From Eledone cirrhosa (taxonomy: Eukaryota): a stretch of DNA of 64,000 nt. The position numbers and the translations under genes were made by a program. Below, one piece after another: positions 58,150 to 64,000 of this stretch. The notes under the pieces are model-generated. The model was not told the DNA's origin and searched no databases. It was given only the letters and a program-made list of their open reading frames with translations. Where the stretch lies: NCBI GenBank assembly GCA_964016885.1, contig OZ024742.1:209002001-209066000 (forward strand), given 5' to 3'. Positions within the stretch are counted from its first letter, which is position 1; every line of letters starts with the position of its first letter.

Positions 58150-58560
58150 GGCAGCTCTCTTTCCCTTCCACTAGTTATCCTTATCGCTCTGTCGCATTTA
58201 CTCTGCTATATCGACATGTGAAATATGAGGAATTTAAAAAATGCAGATCACAATTTAAAAGTGCATAGGCTGACCTCAGATGAGTCAGTACTTTTGAATG
58301 TAAAGTTCGGTCAGTTAGCTTAGATCTTCTGAGAAGAGCATGGCAGTAGAGTTATATAAATGATCCACATAACATATATTACTACTACCAACCCTTGTAG
58401 CTGATATAAAACAATGAAGTGATCGACCATGAAATTAAATTTCCCAAACTCTATTCAAAGCTATATTTGAGGTCTATATTTTACTAATACAGAATTGATA
58501 GCTTCATCTATTCGCCGTAGAACCCCGATTTCTTCTTAATATAAATACAATATCTATCTA

Positions 58561-58629
<69 letters not shown>

Positions 58630-58635
58630 ATATAC

Positions 58636-58774
<139 letters not shown>

Positions 58775-58892
58775 AAAATATATTTTAGAGTCTGTTTTTC
58801 TTTTTTCACCTTTCTTTGATACGTCAAAATGACATTACTGGAAAAATGAGAGGGACAATTCTTTTTAAAAAAGTCTTTTATAATGTATATAA

Positions 58893-59067
58893 CTGTTTCT
58901 ACTTTTACCACAAGGCCAGCAAATACCCAGTACATTACTGGTACTTTATTTTATCGACCCCGTAAGGATGAAAGGCAAAGTTAACCTCGGCGGGATTTGA
59001 ACTCAGACCGTAAAGGGACGTAATTATGCTGGAAAGCACGGCGTCCGGCTCTCTACTGATACTGCAA
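58893..59067 (-). mobile_element. SINE family A
   Basis: Reverse complement of consensus, slightly 5'-truncated. Confidence 0.9.
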
Positions 59068-59571
59068 CGTTTATAAAGTATTGCCGATTTCGCCGTATGA
59101 GTAAAATTCATCTCATCAAATGTTGAGTAGTACAATTAAAACGAATTAAAAACTAAAAATTAAAAATGTTTAATTAAGAGGTAAGTGTTTTTCATCTTTG
59201 TTGAGAAGGAAGTCAAAAATGAACTCTTGTATATATAGAGAGAGGTGTAGTCATAAAGTAGCAATAACAGTGGTGGTAGGTGCGTTTCAACAGTGGTGGT
59301 AGGTGAGTTGATCCAAAAGCGTTGCGGTACATAAGTGCGACAAGGAACAACAAATCAAGCGAGACTAGTAGGGAGCAGGTCGCAGAAGTAAATGCAAAAA
59401 TATGAGTTGAGGAAGGCAGGGCTGTGTGGTTACTGATAATGAGTGTTGGAAGGTAAAGGACACAAACAAGAGATGAAAAGTTTTCCTTCGTCAGCTGTTT
59501 ATTATGGGTCAGAGATGTTTCGGCGCATTATAAACAGAACATCGATACATAGCGGACGCGGGGTAGAGGAA

Positions 59572-59664
<93 letters not shown>

Positions 59665-59713
59665 TATGTGAGTGATTTTGCGTGTGTATATATCTATATA
59701 TATATATATATAT

Positions 59714-59717
<4 letters not shown>

Positions 59718-59768
<51 letters not shown>

Positions 59769-60395
59769 TTTCTTTATTAACCACAAGGGTTTACATAAAG
59801 TAGACATTAAGGACAGTACAGGACAATACAGGACGGTACAAATGGGCATTTCTGCGTGTAAAAACAAGAAACATAGGATGTAATAATAGAACAATGAAAA
59901 ATTCGCCAATAGGGGGAGTCTTCCGAGGGACATTCGTGGAGAAAGCCCATTAAAAAGCCACAGTGACCCTGACCACCAGGGCAAGTGCCCTCTCCCAGTT
60001 TTCCACCTTTAATTTACAGACACATACTCAGAGTAGGCCCATTCACTCGGGCCATTCTTGCCTCTCTCACCCATCTTTCAAAAAAATGCTGGGAAGAGAG
60101 CACTTCACTTTCTATCCTGATTTTCCTTTTCAAATGAAATTTGAAAAAGTTAATCAGGGCATCACCGAAGAGGTAAGTGATCGTCTACAGCCCTTTCAAA
60201 CGTGTCCACTATAATATCTTTTCGCCATGGCCACCAGACAGATAAAAACTGCCTGCCCTTCCCGGCTAAAGGAAGAGGGCGCCGCAATCCTCACGATGGA
60301 CTCAGATGATAGCCGGATCCGTCCCACACGCGACAGTGGTACAGATTCGACATCCTTTAGATACGGAGGCATTTTTTTATTAGAAACTTTGTGCC
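59718..60395 (-). mobile_element. 3' end of an L1/Tx1-like LINE with AATAAA and (ATT)n tail
   Basis: Frameshifted C-terminus ALINFFKFHLKRKIRIESEVLSSQHFFERWV..stop, 3' UTR, poly(A) signal and (ATT)n tail. Clade assignment is tentative. Confidence 0.55.
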
Positions 60396-60399
60396 AAAA

Positions 60400-61775
60400 A
60401 AGGGAATTCTCTATATTATCATTTTTAAATGACCAAATCAGTTCAGAAAGGGTCTCACTAAATGTTTTATCTTCTCTTATAAACGAGTGGAGATGGCTGT
60501 ACCATCTTTCTTTATATTCTGAAGAGGTGGTACCAATATATAGGATTTATCTTTTGTTTTAACTATGCTTTTTAAACGAAATTACGAGCAATACAGTTAT
60601 TATTTAACGGGCAAAAATTACATTTTTTACAATTACTTACATTACTATTCAATGATGCCACTGTGTGTCAATAATTCGTTAGATTTTCGTCGTCTATGTT
60701 GCTAGTGTAATCATTGCTAATTGAGATGTTGTTTATTCCATTAGTGATTCCAAGATTATCATTATGAGTTAACTCCCTATGATTTCTATTGTTAATTTTA
60801 GCAATATTTTGGGCAATTAAGTGATTTTGGAAAACACTTATCAAGAGCATTAAAGAAAAGATAAGCTGAGTTCTTCTTGATCTCTAATCATAATGGTAGA
60901 CGGGATCAAAATCTTTTACAATACTTATTGGTTTTATATGAGTTATATTGATTCGACATCGGACTTGTCCTGACTCCATATCTTAGGTTTTGGATATCAG
61001 CATTATTAGAATTGTTATAAACTGTATGTGTGTTAGTGTTAATAATGTATTGTATGCTGAATTCTATACGGGAGGGGATAATCATTTTTGTGTATGTACT
61101 CAATTTTATCAGGGTAACATGCTCTATTTAAAGCATTGTTATAATATTTAGCCTTACTCCCAAAAATGCCATTGTTAGCTGAGAATCTGGAGATTCTTTG
61201 TTGAACACTATTAACTATGGCCCTTTTTAACGTTTCTAGGGTGGCTTGAATGGAAGCTAACATATTTAAAGTTTTCATTTAATTTATGGAATGGATGGTA
61301 AAGGCCAGAATTAAGATTTAACGTTGTGTCTAGGAAGTTAATATTCTATTATTATTTTCTATTTCGAGTTTAAGACCGTAATTATTTTAAAATATAGATA
61401 ATTATTTTCTTTTTTCTATTAAGAGCACTATTATTATGGTTAATTAATGCAAAAAGAGCGTCATCTCGATATAAACCTCCCCCAAGCTTAGGTAATCTGT
61501 CAATTAGGTTGAGGATAAAACTTCCAACGAGGTCGGTAACCTGAGCCGTATATCCCATGTTGAAGTCAAAATTTCCAGATCTAATTGCTCTAGTTCACCA
61601 GTGAAATCAATAATAGTCTTTCTAGCAGTAATGATAATATTAATTTCATCACTTGAAAGATCATTATATTTTGTTGCGTATGTTAAGGCTTTACTTAGTA
61701 GTGTAGGAGAAAGAGAAGAGTAGTAATTGGTTATATCCAATTGAATAAATTTAGTCTTGTTTTTATTTTCAAGTT
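60400..61775 (-). mobile_element. Decayed Penelope-like element, RT + GIY-YIG
   Basis: FIQLDITNYYSS (motif A), GGGLYRDDAL (motif C), NFLDTTLNL, YYNNAL, CKKCNFCPLNNNC, YIGTTS..YKERWYSH..LSELIW. Multiple frameshifts. Confidence 0.85.
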
Positions 61776-64000
61776 CCGCTTCTCCTTCTTCTTCCCCTTA
61801 ATCAGATTCTTAATATATTTATACCATTGCACTGGTTGCTATCATACTTCATTCGCATAAAATCATGTTCACACTGTTGACACTGCTCCCTTTAATTTCC
61901 CCGCAAGAAATTAGAAATGCCTTCCTTTCTGTCGATATCTAGCAATCATCTTCTAGGAATATATGCAACATACGCATTAAACACTTACAAGGTTTTGATT
62001 TCTAATATTTGATTCGAAAAACCCCAATCACTTTCTTTTCATATACATTGAACGTTTATTTAAATTATGTTTATGCGGTTGTAATTCTCTGGAAATATAT
62101 TTATTCGTCTAATCATGCCTTTTCTATCAATACAATTATTGTTACTTTTAACTCAGAACCGGAATGAATACCACAAATCATTCTATCAGACGTTCTAACC
62201 GCCTTCTTGTGGTTTTTAGTTACAAAGAAAAACATATAGAGTAATTTTGTAAGTTTACGATCTGTTATATAAAAATTATGTTTTAAAAATTTACTTCCAT
62301 GAGTATAGTTTGTTGAATACTATTTTCTGCCAGCTGTAACTTTTTAAGAATTATTTTAATGTTATTTAATTATCATTTAAGACTTACTCCTTCATCTGAG
62401 TGGATTATATGCTGGGCGTTTTTAATTTATACTGCTTCGGGCAGTAGCTATTTTGTACAGATGCAGCTTTTTTGTCTTCTGAAATATCTTTTATATTTTA
62501 TATAACACTTTTGATACTTTATATTGACGGGGTTAATTTGTTTCAGTATATATATTTTACCACGTTATTTATGTAACGAATCCAAACAATGCAATACACC
62601 AAAGAGGATAGTGCGGTAAAATATGAATACATTGGTAGTAGGAAGGTTGCAATCTACTTTCTATTTTCGGTGTTAAAATCCTACTGCGTGTACGTTTTAT
62701 TCTTATTATTCTCGATCAGGCATGTTCCATCATATACGGTGGCACGTGAATCAATCATACTTTTCATTTGTGAATATGTAACCTTATCGCAATTTAAACA
62801 ATATAGTTTATAATATATATATATATATTAGGTCTGTAACCTCCATATTTTCTTTCAATGATTATTGAAAATTTGTTTGAACCAACCTTTACTGAAAATA
62901 GTATAGGTTGAATTTCAGAAGCTGTTTCGATCATGGGAACTGACTGAAGCTCTACTATAAACTTCTAAATTTAATAAATTTTACATCTAAACTTTAAACC
63001 AACAATTATTTTATTTATTGACAAGTGCAACTATTTTATTTATCGGTCAGTTCTTCGGGTGGTTGATACGATAGAGATGGATGGGATGCTAGTTAAATTA
63101 CCACGAGATTTCACGAACCATTGATATTAATATTTCCGATTTAACTAAAATATGTAGGAAGTATATAAAATGTTTTTCTTGTCCTGACAGTGAAAAAGTA
63201 TCTGCCTATACTGTATAAATAAATGTCTTAACAAGTTTTAATGCTAAGTATGTATCTCGGGCGATTCTAAAAAACAAAACAGTTGTTAGTGATGTGGAAA
63301 ATGTAAATTTTGAATCTAAAATTATACGAGGATCGATTCAATACATTTCCCATGGAATTAGAAACATTAGAACTTTGCTAAGTCAAACTAATTATCACTT
63401 TAATTACTGATTCTTAATCCAGGATAGGGTTTAATGCTAAATGTTTTATGAAATGACACTTTTAGAGTGTTGTTAATGGCTTCATACAAATCTCATTGAT
63501 TTTATAATGCAGAGCTTAAAGGGCCTCTTTTCTGTTTTCAGAATAGCAATCTATTGAACTACATCTTACTTGAGTTTATTTTGAGTTAATATCTTCTGGT
63601 TTGATGAGATGAATGTTAAAAAGTTATTGACGTATTAATTTAGTTAAAAGAAACTACTTTTATAGCCATTAAAAATACCTTTTACTTTTAAGTTAATAGA
63701 GAATTACAATAAATGCCCTTTAAAATGCAACGGAAGTCGAGACGAGATATTGTGTTTATAGGCCCTTTCTGATAATAATTTGTATTTACAGAATATTTTG
63801 CAGGAATAGTGGAAATCGAAAGAACTAACCGAGGAAATTTCAATAAAAGCCAAATGGTTGATTGAAGAAAGATAATTTTCGAATAGTTAAAATCTAATTT
63901 ACAGAAATTGATGCTATTATCTCAAATAAGAGGATTATTAATTCATGAAATGTAATCAAATTTAGCCAGTTGTTTATCTGAAAACGCTATGTATAGCTAT

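Overview
AT-rich, repeat-saturated eukaryotic DNA. It is probably intronic or intergenic sequence of a cephalopod or mollusc (Octopus-like); this is inferred only from the repeat landscape. No intact host gene is recognisable, and most ORF-track entries are translations of (TA)n, (CA)n and (GA)n microsatellites. The window holds about 17 copies of one tRNA-derived SINE family, many with clear target-site duplications (TSDs), and 2 copies of a second SINE. It also holds decayed non-LTR retrotransposons of RTE, R4/Dong-like, CRE-like and L1/Tx1-like type, and four Penelope-like element (PLE) coding remnants with a CxC-x5-C-x5-C linker and C-terminal GIY-YIG endonuclease. The most interesting signal is a PLE-associated RNA system: long inverted (fold-back) arms embedded in (TA)n tracts carry minimal type-I hammerhead ribozyme motifs, including a protein-free ~590-bp palindrome with a hammerhead on each strand. 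Two RTE insertions show twin-priming-like 5' inversions. Coordinates were read by eye and may be off by a few bases. Family names rest on recalled motifs, not database searches.
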